Below are positions 1 to 12,163 of a stretch of 64,000 bases of DNA, piece after piece; the stretch's first letter is position 1; each line of letters starts with the position of its first letter. This DNA is from Mytilus californianus. Its lineage: Eukaryota. The notes under the pieces are model-generated. The model saw only the letters and a program-made list of their open reading frames with translations. It was not told the origin of the DNA and did no database searches. The position numbers were made by a program, and so were the translations under genes. The stretch spans positions 27,466,001 to 27,530,000 of the forward strand of contig NW_026262637.1 of the NCBI RefSeq assembly GCF_021869535.1, written 5' to 3'.

Positions 1-65
1 ACACCTGTACCAGTCAAATTACAATTAGAAAAAATAGTTTATTTAATAAGAATTTATGTCTACAG

Positions 66-3000
66 ACCTTGCCAACAGTACCTGTTCCTCAGCCCAGAAA
101 AGGTAAACAAGAAAAAGATGAGGAGGATGAATCAGATGAAGAGAAAGACGAAAAACATAAGAAAGGTTAGATTGATACTATTAAGAATAATTTTTTTATA
201 ATATATTTTTTCTATTTGTTTCACTAAAAGTCTAGTGGTCTATTTTGGTGAAGATAATCAGGTTTCAATTTTTACCCCAAATCTCTTCGAAGTCTTATAA
301 AGAAAATACAGAGACAAGACTTAACAAGTTTGTCTGCCAAAACAATACAATTAGGGATAATACTGTGAGAAGAAGAATATCCTAAATTGTCAATATTGTT
401 ATGCAGAATTTTCTACAGGCTAAACTTTGTAATTTTGACCAACATGTTTCGTATTGAATATGCATATTCCTTGCTTTCAGAGTCTTTGTTACGGCATATG
501 CTGTTTAATCATTCCTCAGGTTGGTCAGTCTCAAATGTACAGTGTTTGGGTGGTTTGGAATGCAATGAGGTTCATGATTATAAAATTAATTATATCATTA
601 AAAAAAAAAACAGATTTTAAATCACATATAAGAATGTTGATGACACCAGAGTGAGATTGTGCAAGTTGCTTTGGATCTTAATTATTTTTTGTGAAATGTC
701 AACAGAACTTGAAACTCAACATTGTCATGTATATGATAAATTTTTAGATGAACTTTTGGCATTTATATTCATTACACTTTTCATGTATTGTGCAAGTATC
801 TTCACTCGTGGAAATTTTCACAGGTAGTAACTTTGAAGTTAGAAATAGACATATTACTTCAAAGCATTTTTCTATTATAGATAAAAAGAAAGGAAAGAAA
901 TCCAAAACTAAGATTTTTGGTACAACAACTGGTTTGTCAGATGAGGATGAAGGAGATGATGAGGATGAAGAAGATGATGTTGAAGAAACAAAGAAAAAAG
1001 AGATGTCAGAGGAAGAAGATGACGGAAAGAAGAAGAAAGACAAAAAGAAAGGAAAAGATAAAGAAGACAAGAAGGGAAAAAAAGATAAAAAGAAAGGTAG
1101 CCATTTGAACCTTTGTGGAATGGTATTTTTGAGTTTTTAGGATTTTTGGTTGAACAGATCAGTATTGAATGATTTAGATGAAGAGAGGAGATATGGCTAA
1201 AACTGTTATTTGATACCTGAAATTATAATTTCTTTTGTAAATCCCTTCTTATTTGTATTGATAAGTGAGTACTAAGGTACCTTAAGTGCATGTTGTGATG
1301 TTAATGAGCCTGTCAAGATTAACTTATGACATAAAATGACCAATTTACACTTAGTTTTTGCACAGTAATTGACAGTTTGAATTCTTTTTCATACGTTTCC
1401 TTTGAATTTTCTTTTTTTAAAGATTAATTAAGCAAAATGTCAATGTCTTTTAATTTTGTTGTGTAAGTCATAAGTAGAAGCTATACAAATAAGTCCATTT
1501 GCTTTTAAGTGACCAAGATTTACTATTTAACTTTTGAATATTCTTTAGCTTAAAGTATGATCAACAGATATAATTCATTAAATTTAAGTTTATCCTTTCT
1601 TTTGTCGCTTTGTACTTTATAAACAAATGGACTTTTTTAGATAAAAAAGATAAGGATAAGAAGAAGAAAAAAGGGAAGAAAAATGATGAAGATGAAGAAG
1701 AGGATGAAGACAAAGAAGAAGATGAAGGAGTAAAATCAGAAAAAGAAGAAAAGGTATTGTTTATTAAATTAAGCAATTGAAAAATACACAATACAACCTA
1801 AATTTTCTTCAACGTCTTAATCAGATAATAAGCCCAATCTTCTTTATAAACTTCACTTTAATTTATGTTGATTAATTAATTTATTTAAATTTTTTTTTTG
1901 GGGGGGGGGGGTCTCGATCACAGAGTGATTTTAGTAGTTTCACTACTGTTTCTTTAGCCTGTCAACTTGAGGCTATCCAATATCAACAATAGTGTGATGT
2001 TTTCTGATTGATTCATTTCATAATCAGTGTTTAAAAAAAATCATGGATGTATAGCAAACAGTTGCTTCAACATCCTTGCATCTCAATTGCAATATATAAG
2101 GCCATGCCTGCCCTTTGGTTACGCTTCAGTGACTTAACATTTTTAATATTTATTGAAGTATTTATATAACATCATTGATAAATGGTATGCTATAGCATTA
2201 GTATCCTTTAAATTTTCCATTCTGTATGTTGATAACTTGAAATAAATAAGTTTATCTTATACAGTTGTATAGTTGTATATGGTTTCCTTTGGAGGGGATA
2301 CTACTCGGTGGTTTAAAACTTTGCCTGTGATCAGTTTACTTACTAAGTTTGTAATATCATGTGACTTGTACATTAAAACTTTAGAATAATATTATAAATG
2401 TTATAAAATGTTAGGGTAAAGACAAAAAAGACAAGAGCAAGAAGAAAGATAAAAAAGATAAAAAGAAAGACAAGAAAAAAGATAAGGATGAAGATGAAGA
2501 TGAAAAAGATGATGAGGAAGAAGATGATGAGGTAATTGAATGAAATCTGAAAGGCCTGTAGATTTGATTTTTTTGTCTCACTTATGAGTAATTTCGTAAA
2601 ATGCAAGACACAGAAGATTTTAATCTGACAGCTAATATTTGTATAAATAGATATAAGAAGATGTGGTATGAGTGCCAATGAGACAACTCTCCATCCAAGG
2701 CAAAATTTATAAAAGTAAACCATTATAGGTCAAAGTACGGTCTTCAACACGGATCCTATAAAAGTTTAGAATATCAAAAGGCAGAAGAAGGCTTGATAAT
2801 CAATAGCTTATAAACACATTTCTAATGCTCCTAAATTTTCATCTGTCACATATGCTTTATCCTTGACTTCATTTTTATTGTACAGTGACTGAATTATCTC
2901 AGTTACAATGAGGAATAGGAAAACTATATTTTGGTTGCACCTATTCATGTGTTTTGTCATTTGGATTCCAGAAAAAAGACAAGAAAAAAGATAAGAAGAA

Positions 3001-3909
3001 GGAAAAGGACAAAAAAGATAAAAAGAAGGATAAAGACAAGAAAGGTGACAAAGATGATGAAAAGGAAGCTGGAGAGGAAGGAGAAAAAGATGGAGAAAAG
3101 AAAGAAGACAAAAAAGAGGACCCAAAGCCTTCAAATCAGAAAAAGGTATTTTATTTTAATTACTAGATAGCCAAATGAAGAGATTTAACTAAAAAAAAAA
3201 AAAGGAAAAGATAAATGTTTAGAGGAGAATCAATATATATTTTGATTCACTTATATATTGAAGATGTTGAAAGTAAATCTGTGCATGGCCATATAAACAT
3301 ATTGATAAAAAAAAAATTCATTGATCAGGATTTAGCTTCATGACACATTTAATTTAGTACCATTCAGATGTCAATGTGCTGCATTAGAATAATATTTATG
3401 ATGTAGATACCTGTTATTTTATAATAGAAATAAGATATGTGTAGGGTATACACCAATGAGACAACAACACAACAATACAAATAAGTAAAAGACATCCAGA
3501 GATCAACACATGGTATTCAACAATAGCCAGGAATCTCTACAAGAAGTCAAACTCTTAATTGCTAAAGAAAAAGTTGTGAATAAATTTAACAAGCACAATT
3601 AAAAATCTGCCATCGATACTGAAAACCCCAAATTAAAAAAAAACCTTTTAAAATGATAATAAAAAACAACCCAGCTACTGAATTGGTTCAAGATTAGGGA
3701 CAGGCACATGAATATATGGTGGTATTAAACTAGTTTTATTTTCAGAGATCAATGCCTCCCCCTTTTTAATGTTTTATATATTTATAGTAAAATTGAAGTT
3801 GTGTACAAATATAAATGTATCCAAAATAAATTGGTACGGAAATGTCTCTACATATTAATCAGTAAAATGTATATATATTTTTCAGTCATTTTCATGTACG
3901 ATATTGTGA
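66..3909 (+). CDS. 3' part of a multi-exon gene for a Lys/Asp/Glu-rich low-complexity protein ending in polybasic + CaaX (…PKPSNQKKSFSCTIL*); 5' end lies upstream of the window
   Basis: Exons 66-165, 881-1096, 1641-1753, 2415-2531, 2972-3145, 3886-3909. All have AG/GT ends and compatible phases (0/1/1/0/0/0), total 744 nt = 248 codons including TGA. ORF track 748..1140 and 2954..3166 cover two exons. Confidence 0.8.
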
Positions 3910-6181
3910 TACAAGGAGAGAATGTGTTGTAAATGAACAACTGTTGCCGCTCTCCAAAGACTAGAGGATGATAACCCAGGAGAACAGACTAGAAATCCTT
4001 TATAAAACTATGGCAGCCTATTTATCTGTGATTAATTGTTTGTTGTTAGTGCTTGTTGTTTCCGTCCATATTTTAGTACTAAGTATATTGTTAAATATTT
4101 ATAATCTGTCACCATGGTTAATTTTTATCCCATGTGATATTTATGTTTTGTACTTGTAAGGTCAATGAAGTGCAAAGTTTAGTGTCAAATGTAACAAAAA
4201 GTAATTTCAGTATTTTGTAATCATGCTTTAAAAGTAGATGGGTCTATTTCGTTATTTGCAACCAATTTGAAGAATTATGTTTTCTAAGACCATGTGTTGA
4301 TTGAAATATAAAATTGATATCAGTAAGGATAGTGAAGGTTATGTAATAGATATTTTTTTCTATGATTTTAATGATAAATTCAAAATTATAAATTTTATGC
4401 ACTATTTAAAAAAATATGACTCTCACAGGTTGGCCATTTTTTCCCCTCAAATGAGTGATATAGTTTTTTTTACTAAAATATGCCTTTTTGCAGTAAACTT
4501 GGTACAGTTTAATACTTTTATTATAGGAATGTGATAATTTTGCACGCAATTTGATTTAAAGATTTATTATAATATATTATATTATTTTATCTCATGATTT
4601 TTTAACGTATATAGGAAACTTTTGCAGTATTCAAAATACATGTAGAATTTAGTTATTAAGGATGATGTGTAAAATTTTGTCATTCTATGATGATCAACAT
4701 ATTTTCAATATGTAGCAAGAAAATTAGGGCAGCGACATCATTTTTTCAAATTAGATGCCAGAGCATATAGTATTGCACATGTCTGCCAATATCATTCTAA
4801 ATCAAATTGTTGTCTAGATTTCCTTTTGTGCAAATTTTTTTTCGTTAAACCTAAGATAAGAAACTGATTTTATAAGTGTATAATTATGAGTTATATGATA
4901 GATGACTTTCTTTTGACAAAATTATGGAATTCTTTTGTCAAATGATGCCATTAATTTGTGCATTCAAATCTAGTTGATTTTCTGAGAAGACTTGAAAGAG
5001 TTATGTTTTCTGTTTTTGTTCACAAACTTATGTTTCCACCATATATTTGTTTCGATTTTTTTTTAGAATATATGAATTTTGTTCATCTTGTGGTGCAAAA
5101 AGAAGCCCAGTGACATTTTTTTATCAAAATTTAAGAAACAACATGATATAAATTTTCAAAATTAGAAGCAAAATTCTGTTGTTTTTGTTTACAGTCTCAT
5201 ACTGACTTAAACTTATTTTAATCTTGTTATTCACAAATTCTGTTAAAACATCAAATAATTTGACAATAGAAGATACAAGGTCTATAAAAAAATAATGACA
5301 AAATTATATAGCTCTGTACATGATACTGATAGTGCATTTAGTCATTATAGTGTAAGATATTCATTTTCAGGTATTAAGACATACAGGGTGCAAAATTATG
5401 TGTGCTTTATCATCAATGTCAACATCAAATTAATTAATAGGAAATTCACAATTTTGCTGTTGATTATCAAATTTAATCAAACAACAACATTAATTTAAGT
5501 ACATTTACATTTTTTTAAAGGTTATAATAATAGCTTTTTTTTATGTTACTATAATGAAGAGTGGTCTTTTTTCATTAGAAATTTAAAAGCAGGCTATATC
5601 AGTTTTGTTGAACATTAAAAAGCATGTTTGATCATCATGTAAACTAATATCTACTACTTCAACATTAGTTAGATGTTTTATGTATCAACAAGACAAAATT
5701 TAAATTACTAAAATTTATATTATTATTCCTAGCAGTAATTTTTTCATTACAACTTTGCAATTATTTCATTTGAATGTTTGCATATTTGCCAGTCAGATAT
5801 TTCCAATATGTTTATAGGTATTATTTAATCTTAACTGGTACATGTTTGAAGTATACATTGCATTTACATATAAGTTCTTCAGGAAAAAGACAGTGAGTTT
5901 TATTATTTTTATTTGAACATTTGTTAGTGATACTTGTTATTAATTTTGTTTTAATAACTTGAGAAATAGATAATGGGTTTATAACAGTTTATTGAAGACC
6001 CTGCATTGAATGAATTGGTGAATTATTCAATTCCCTTCTTTTATTAGAATTCACAGTTGTCCAGATGAATTAGGTTGGATTTAGAATTTGTAATTTGTTT
6101 TTACATCAGATGTGTATAGGTTTAACTGAAAGGACATTTCCTTATTAAATTGCTCTTAACCAGTAGCAAAATAAGAATTTA

Positions 6182-6340
6182 TGTCCCTGGTTTGATTTTT
6201 TTTTGGTCTGTGAGTCCTTCATTCCATTAGTCCGTCCCTGGTTTGATGTTTTTTGGTCTGTGAGTCTGTCATTTCATTAGTATGTCCTTATTTTGATGTT
6301 TTTTGGTCTGTAAGTCTATCATTCCATTATTCTGTCCCTT
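6182..6340. repeat. Tandem repeat, ~50-bp unit, about 3 copies
   Basis: Recurring gtccctggtttgat(t/g)ttttttggtctgtgagtc..tcatt(c/t)cattagt unit. Confidence 0.75.
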
Positions 6341-7367
6341 CATCTGTCCTGTATCAGGTTAAAGTTTTGGTTTAACATTGTTAAGGATAAATTTATTGTC
6401 ACATTTACTTCAAACTTAACACATGCATGTACAGAGGTTCATTTTGATGTGAAATTTTTCATATATATGACAGCTTATATATATATATATATCATTATCT
6501 CTGTTCATGTGGATATATTACCCCCAAAAAATGAGCTTTTATTAAATAAAGATGGCATGACTTGGATAGCCTCTTAATAAACTTTCTCACAGCTACTGAG
6601 GGCTTTTTAGGTGACCTGTCAATAGCTGAAAGACTTTGTTGACCTCTTAATTCTATTTCATTAACATATCCCCGCATCTCTTATTATTCACATTTAATCT
6701 TAAACATCAAGTATTCAGCAATTCATCATTATTCATGGAGTACCAATTTTCGTGTATTTTGATGGTATAGCTGAAGAACAAATTTAAGTCTACAAATTTT
6801 CTATGGGCTTGTATGCAGACTTTGGCACAACCAAAATTGATACCCAAGAAATTAAGTAAATCCACAGTATGCATTTTGACGTATATTTAACAACTTGTTC
6901 TTTTGTAGAGTTATTCAGATTATTTATTGACATTTTAAAACCGATAATATTTATAACTCATGTAAAGTTAGATTTTACTATATAAGTTAGAATGGAGGAA
7001 AAGGACCAGTAGTACATGTAGGTATGAATGAAATGTAAATAATTGTACAAATGTATAATATGTAGATTATGTACAGTAAACAAAAAAGCTACCTTTTATA
7101 ATAAATGATAAGCAAACTTATAATTTGTGGTCATATCATACTTTATAAAATTGAAGTATGGAAAAGGGGATAGATAGTAATGGAATAAAGTACCCAGGAA
7201 AAGATCAGCAATGGAAAATGTAATTCTTGAAATTTATGTTTTAATGAGTACTACATTAATGTTGATCACTTAAATAATATGGTTGGGGTTTTATTTTTCT
7301 TGAATAATTTTCGGAATGTAAGAAAAATTAGTCAATCAGTTAAAAACCAAAGAGGCCAGGAAGAATA

Positions 7368-8830
7368 ATGTATATCAATGGTGCATATTCTTTAACATCA
7401 TTTACCAAGGACGAAATTTTACAAAATCACAAATCTGTCCTTATTTCTTTTGGTATCAACATCAAAGAAAACGAAGAAAATTTAGCATCATTATACTGGA
7501 TACCAAAACTACACAAAAATCCATATAAAGAACGATACATAGCTGGGTCATCAAAATGTTCGACTAAACATCTTTCTAAAGCACTGACTACTATTCTTTC
7601 TACAGTTAAAGATGGGCTTAAAAAATACTGTGATGAGATATATTCTACCAGTGGTGTTAACCAGATGTGGATTCTCAAAAATTCGAAAGATATACTGCTT
7701 AATCTTCGATCACAATCTTTGCAATTTTGCAGCAACATAAAGACTTTTGATTTTTCTACGCTTTACACTACAATTGCCCATGCTCAGTTGAAAGATCGAC
7801 TTCACCATCTCATTAAACAGAGCTTTTTCTATAAAAATGGGAATCGTAGATACAAATTTCTTGTTTTGGGTTACAATAATTCATATTTTGTGAAAAACCA
7901 CACTGAATCTACCAGAAAATATACTGAAGATGATATTATCAAAATGCTGGACTTTTTGATCGACAAGATATTTGTTGAGTTTGGAGGATTTATATTTCAA
8001 AAGACAGTCGGTATTCAAATGGGAACTAATTGTGCACCCCTACTGGCCAATTTGTTTTTGTACTCGTATGAAGCAGAATTCATTCAGAACCTTCTAAAAG
8101 ACAAAAAGAAAAAGCAGCTTGCGAAATTCTTTAATTTTACTTTCCGATATATTGATGATGTTCTATCATTGAATAACCCATATTTCAGCCAATACTTACA
8201 TCTCATATATCCCAGTGAACTTGAAATTAAGGATACTACTGATACTAGAAGGACTGCTTCATACCTTGATCTTTTCCTCAATATTGACACAGATAGACGA
8301 CTTCACACGAAAATCTATGATAAACGGGACGATTTCAACTTCCCAATTATCAATTTCCCATTTCTCAGCAGTAACATACCCTCTGCCCCTTCGTATGGTG
8401 TTTACATATCTCAATTGATACGTTATTCTAGTGCTTGTTCACACTATACGGACTTCATATACAGGAGTGTGCTTCTTACGCAGAAACTGCTCCAACAAAG
8501 TTATGAGGAGGACAGATTAAAAATGACACTCACGAAATGGTTGATCCATACGATGTGTCTTTGTCCAAACTAACTAAGGACATTTTTACCACGTGTTAGA
8601 TTGTGGTTTGTCATTACGTCGTCTGATCTTTTAATTACCGAACGTGACTTATTCCCGATTGTGACTGTTTTGCTGAGTGTGAAACCGCATTGCTGTAAGA
8701 CGTGTCATGGTACTTTTCTATCCCAAATTCATGTATTTAATTTTGATGTTATATTTGTTATTCTCGTCGGATTTTGTCAAATGTCTTAACGTCTTTTCTG
8801 TTATATTCGTGTGTTATGGTAAATGTAATT
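7368..8830 (+). mobile_element. 5'-truncated Penelope-like retroelement (Naiad-type, C-terminal RT), defective
   Basis: ORF 7368..8573 has LYWIPKLHK, motif A DFSTLYT, a long insertion-in-fingers, motif B' G.QMGTNCAP, motif C YIDD, then KRDDFNF and YGVYISQLIRY. No GIY-YIG domain follows the RT. The native-looking C-terminus HEMVDPYDVSLSKLTKDIFTTC* is in a shifted frame ending at 8600. Confidence 0.85.
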
Positions 8831-9289
8831 AATCACCCCCTTCATTTATTAGATTTTAGTTTGGTTCAACGAAATTTATACGATATATTTGGTTTACAGT
8901 TTGATTCAGAAGAAACACCAACATAGCTAGATAATACAATTAATTATCTAATTACTACCACAATTTGATATTAATAGTATTGTTATTTTCATTGTTATTA
9001 ATAAATGTAATGTCAGTATTACAGATCTAATCTTGAATCAATCCTAATTCTATCTTATTTTTGGGAAATATTTTTACAAATTCAAATGTGACGTCACTTT
9101 GTGTGTTTTTTTAGAATTTCAAATGTGACGTCACTTTGTGCGTTGAGGCTTTGGCTAACTCGGCTGTGTATTTTTATGTGTTGGATTAAGTTGTTTTATG
9201 TAATGTATCCGTTTTTATTCTGTAGTTAATCCCCACTTCGGTTTTATCATGCATATCTATTATAGTCATTTTATAAAATTTACTGTTTG

Positions 9290-9890
9290 CAAAAGTATAT
9301 ATTATTCTAAATAATAAGGATGTTCTTGTCCCAGGCGGAAAACCCTGGCCGTGTTAGGCGCAACTTTTTGGAAGTTTTGGTCCTCGGTGCTCTTCAGCTC
9401 TGTACTTGTTTTGGCTTTCAAACTTTTTTCATCTGAGCATCACTGGTTAGTCTTGTGTGGACGAGACGCACGTCTGGCGTATTAAATTCTAAACCTAGTA
9501 CCTTTTGTTAGCTATTATTCGTGTGTTTCTTTGTCCTATATGTTCTCCCATTTATTTGTATTGTAGTCATGTCATGTAATGTTGTCATTTCAATGTTATA
9601 TTTAACATTGCCATAAAAGCGGGAGGTTTGGCATGCCACAAAACCAGGTTCAAACCACCATTTTTTTCTTAAAATGTCCTGTACCAAGTCAGGAAAATGG
9701 CCATTGTTATATTATAGTTCGTTTCTGTTTGTGTTACATTTTAATGTTGTGTTTTTGTTGTGTCGTTGTTCTCCTCTTATATTTGATGCGTTTCCCTCAG
9801 TTTTAGTTTGTAACCCGGATTTGTTTTTATCTCTATCGATTTATGAGTTTCGAACAGCGGTATACTACTGTTGCCTTTATGTATACAACA
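9290..9890 (+). repeat. Composite bivalve interspersed repeat with a degenerate hammerhead motif (9436-9481)
   Basis: cactggttagtcttgtgtggacgagacgcacgtctggcgta is a decayed version of the motif at 46540. The downstream part resembles repeats at 49270-49450, 57000-57190 and 63900-64000. Confidence 0.6.
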
Positions 9891-11024
9891 AGACTGATTT
9901 GGTTTACAGTTTTGAACTCCAGTGTTATATTTTACTAGAGATGTACTTAAGTCCTAGACTTAAGACGGTCACTAAACTAGTTTTGTCAGTAGTCAACTTT
10001 GTCCATTTCACCTCCATCAATTATTGGTACTGAGAATACAAGCATTGTTACAAGGTCTGTTGAATTTTGTATTCAAACCGGGATAGACCATGTTGATGTA
10101 GTTTGAAATTACTATCTTATCATTATTTGGGTCAGAAAATTTATTTTAAGGTACACAAAACCAAAAGGCATCTAGAATTCATCATACTGTTCTCAAAAGA
10201 AAGTCTATACATCTGAATTAAAAGAGATGTGGGATAGAGGTAAATAACTGAAGTCCTCAAACTAATTAACAAAATGGCGAAAAGTTTATGATGTATTAGG
10301 GATATGCAACAATGAGATAGCAACAACAAAATATCCAATAGACAGTTTATCAAGTCATTAATTGCCACTAATCTTAATTCAAATTTGGTCGTCTCTGTTA
10401 ACTATATTCAGAATTTGTTAAAACTCTGAGGTAATTAAGAGCTTGACATATTGTATAGACATGTGTCTATTTCGAAGACCGTTTATATCTATCGTGAGAT
10501 GCTTTTGATTTATTGTGGCAATAGGGTGCTGTCTTATTAGCGTATACCCAGCATCTCCTTTAATTTATACTCCAGAACCGTTAAACATATAAAAGCAACA
10601 CATGACAGAAGATTCCATGTTTCATACTTGCACAGGATTTCCATATTTGTGGTAATCTGTAAACGAATATGTGTCTGTCCCAAGCAGAACCAGTGGTTGT
10701 GGTTGGTTGCTATCTGGTATATTTGTCTTTCGTTCATGGAAGACGTTTAGACCATGACCAATATATAGGCGACAAAAAGACAAACCACTCACAAAACACA
10801 GGAAACTAAATATTGCACTAAATGCCGGGAGTGTTTTGGGGGGATAAGCGGTTCCTCATTCAGTAATGGCACCTATCGTGTTGCTCATTACAAGTAAAAA
10901 TTCGATGGAGTCACAATCAAGGAAAAGAGCAGGGACTGTGGCGACGACAAGGGCAACGTATCAGTGGTCATCTGTGTCACATACGTTCCATAACGGTCAA
11001 TAAAAACATGACGTCCATAAAACG

Positions 11025-11255
11025 TTCATGAGCAACACAACGGGTGCTACATGTGGGGCAGTATCTGCTTATTCTTCCGCAGCACCTGAAATCACCCCCG
11101 GTTTTTTTTGTAGGATTCGTCGGTCTTAGTATTTAGTTGTGTTTTGTGTACTGTTATTTGTCTTTTCGTATTTTTTTTGTTTTTTGCTATGGCATTGCCA
11201 GTTTGTTTTCGACTTATGAGTTTGAATATCCATTTGGTATCCTTCGCTTCTCTAT
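11025..11255 (+). repeat. SINE-like interspersed repeat, family A (…cgggtgccacatgtggagcaggatctgcttacccttccggagcacctgagatcacccc…)
   Basis: The same motif recurs at ~26815-27020, 41740-41870 (partial), 44950-45200 (-), 50660-50790, 51010-51160, 60440-60560 and 60785-60945. Confidence 0.75.
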
Positions 11256-12163
11256 GCTACACAGAAATGAAAAAAACATTAGGACAATTGAAATCATTTG
11301 TTGTAAAGTATAGTTCTTTATCGACCCTCGTTGTCAATTATCTTATTGAAAGTCAAGATATCGAACAGATTGCAGGTATGGTATTTTTTATTTCAAGTGC
11401 AATAGGATAGCCAAATCGTCAATAAATGTTAACATATTCAGTGAGAGGACATCATTATTATATTGGAACGTTAAATTAAAGGAAAATGATAACTTGTTTT
11501 CATTATTCTTGAACTTTCCTCTATGAAGTCTTCCTCATGCGAATAATGGAATAAGTAGACAAGAAGAGGAGCACAGTTGGTTACCCTGGGAGAGTTTGAA
11601 ATGGGAACAAACACATTATAGAATTAATCAAACCAATTTTGAGAATCAAATAACTGTTCAGAACATATACATAGAACCATAAAATCAATAAAATGACGAT
11701 AGTTGGATGGCATTTATTTGACGGCATGCCTTACTTGACTATTACTTGCCGAGTTTTCTTTTGCTAACAATTTCATTCTACTTGTCTCCAACCCACAATA
11801 ACACTTGACATCCGTTCATTATAGGATCAAATTCTATACGTCAAAAAGTAAAGGGGAATATACTTTTAATTCAATCAAACATTGTGTCATATTATGACCG
11901 TATTAAACGACCGTAATCTTTTTAGTATAAAATAACGTTATAGGTATGCTTTCTAATGGGACAACTATCCACTATAAGACAAGGAATGAATTTTCTAGTG
12001 TAACAGCAATAGGTCCTCAATCTAATGAACATCTTAAAATGAAAATGTCTACATGATACTACAGATGAAAAAACGACATTCACTTAACAAAACGACCAGT
12101 TTGTTATCACAGATATCGCTACATCAATTATTTTCTACAGGTTTAGATTTGTCCATACATATT

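Noticed and set aside
744-3170. Ser/Phe-rich minus-strand ORFs and the Arg/Lys-rich alternative + frames
   Set aside because: Mirror products of the purine-rich K/D/E exons.
7368-8573. Selenocysteine-recoded Naiad, as reported for some clams
   Set aside because: The 401-codon ORF has no in-frame TGA, and stops in the other copies come with frameshifts typical of decay.
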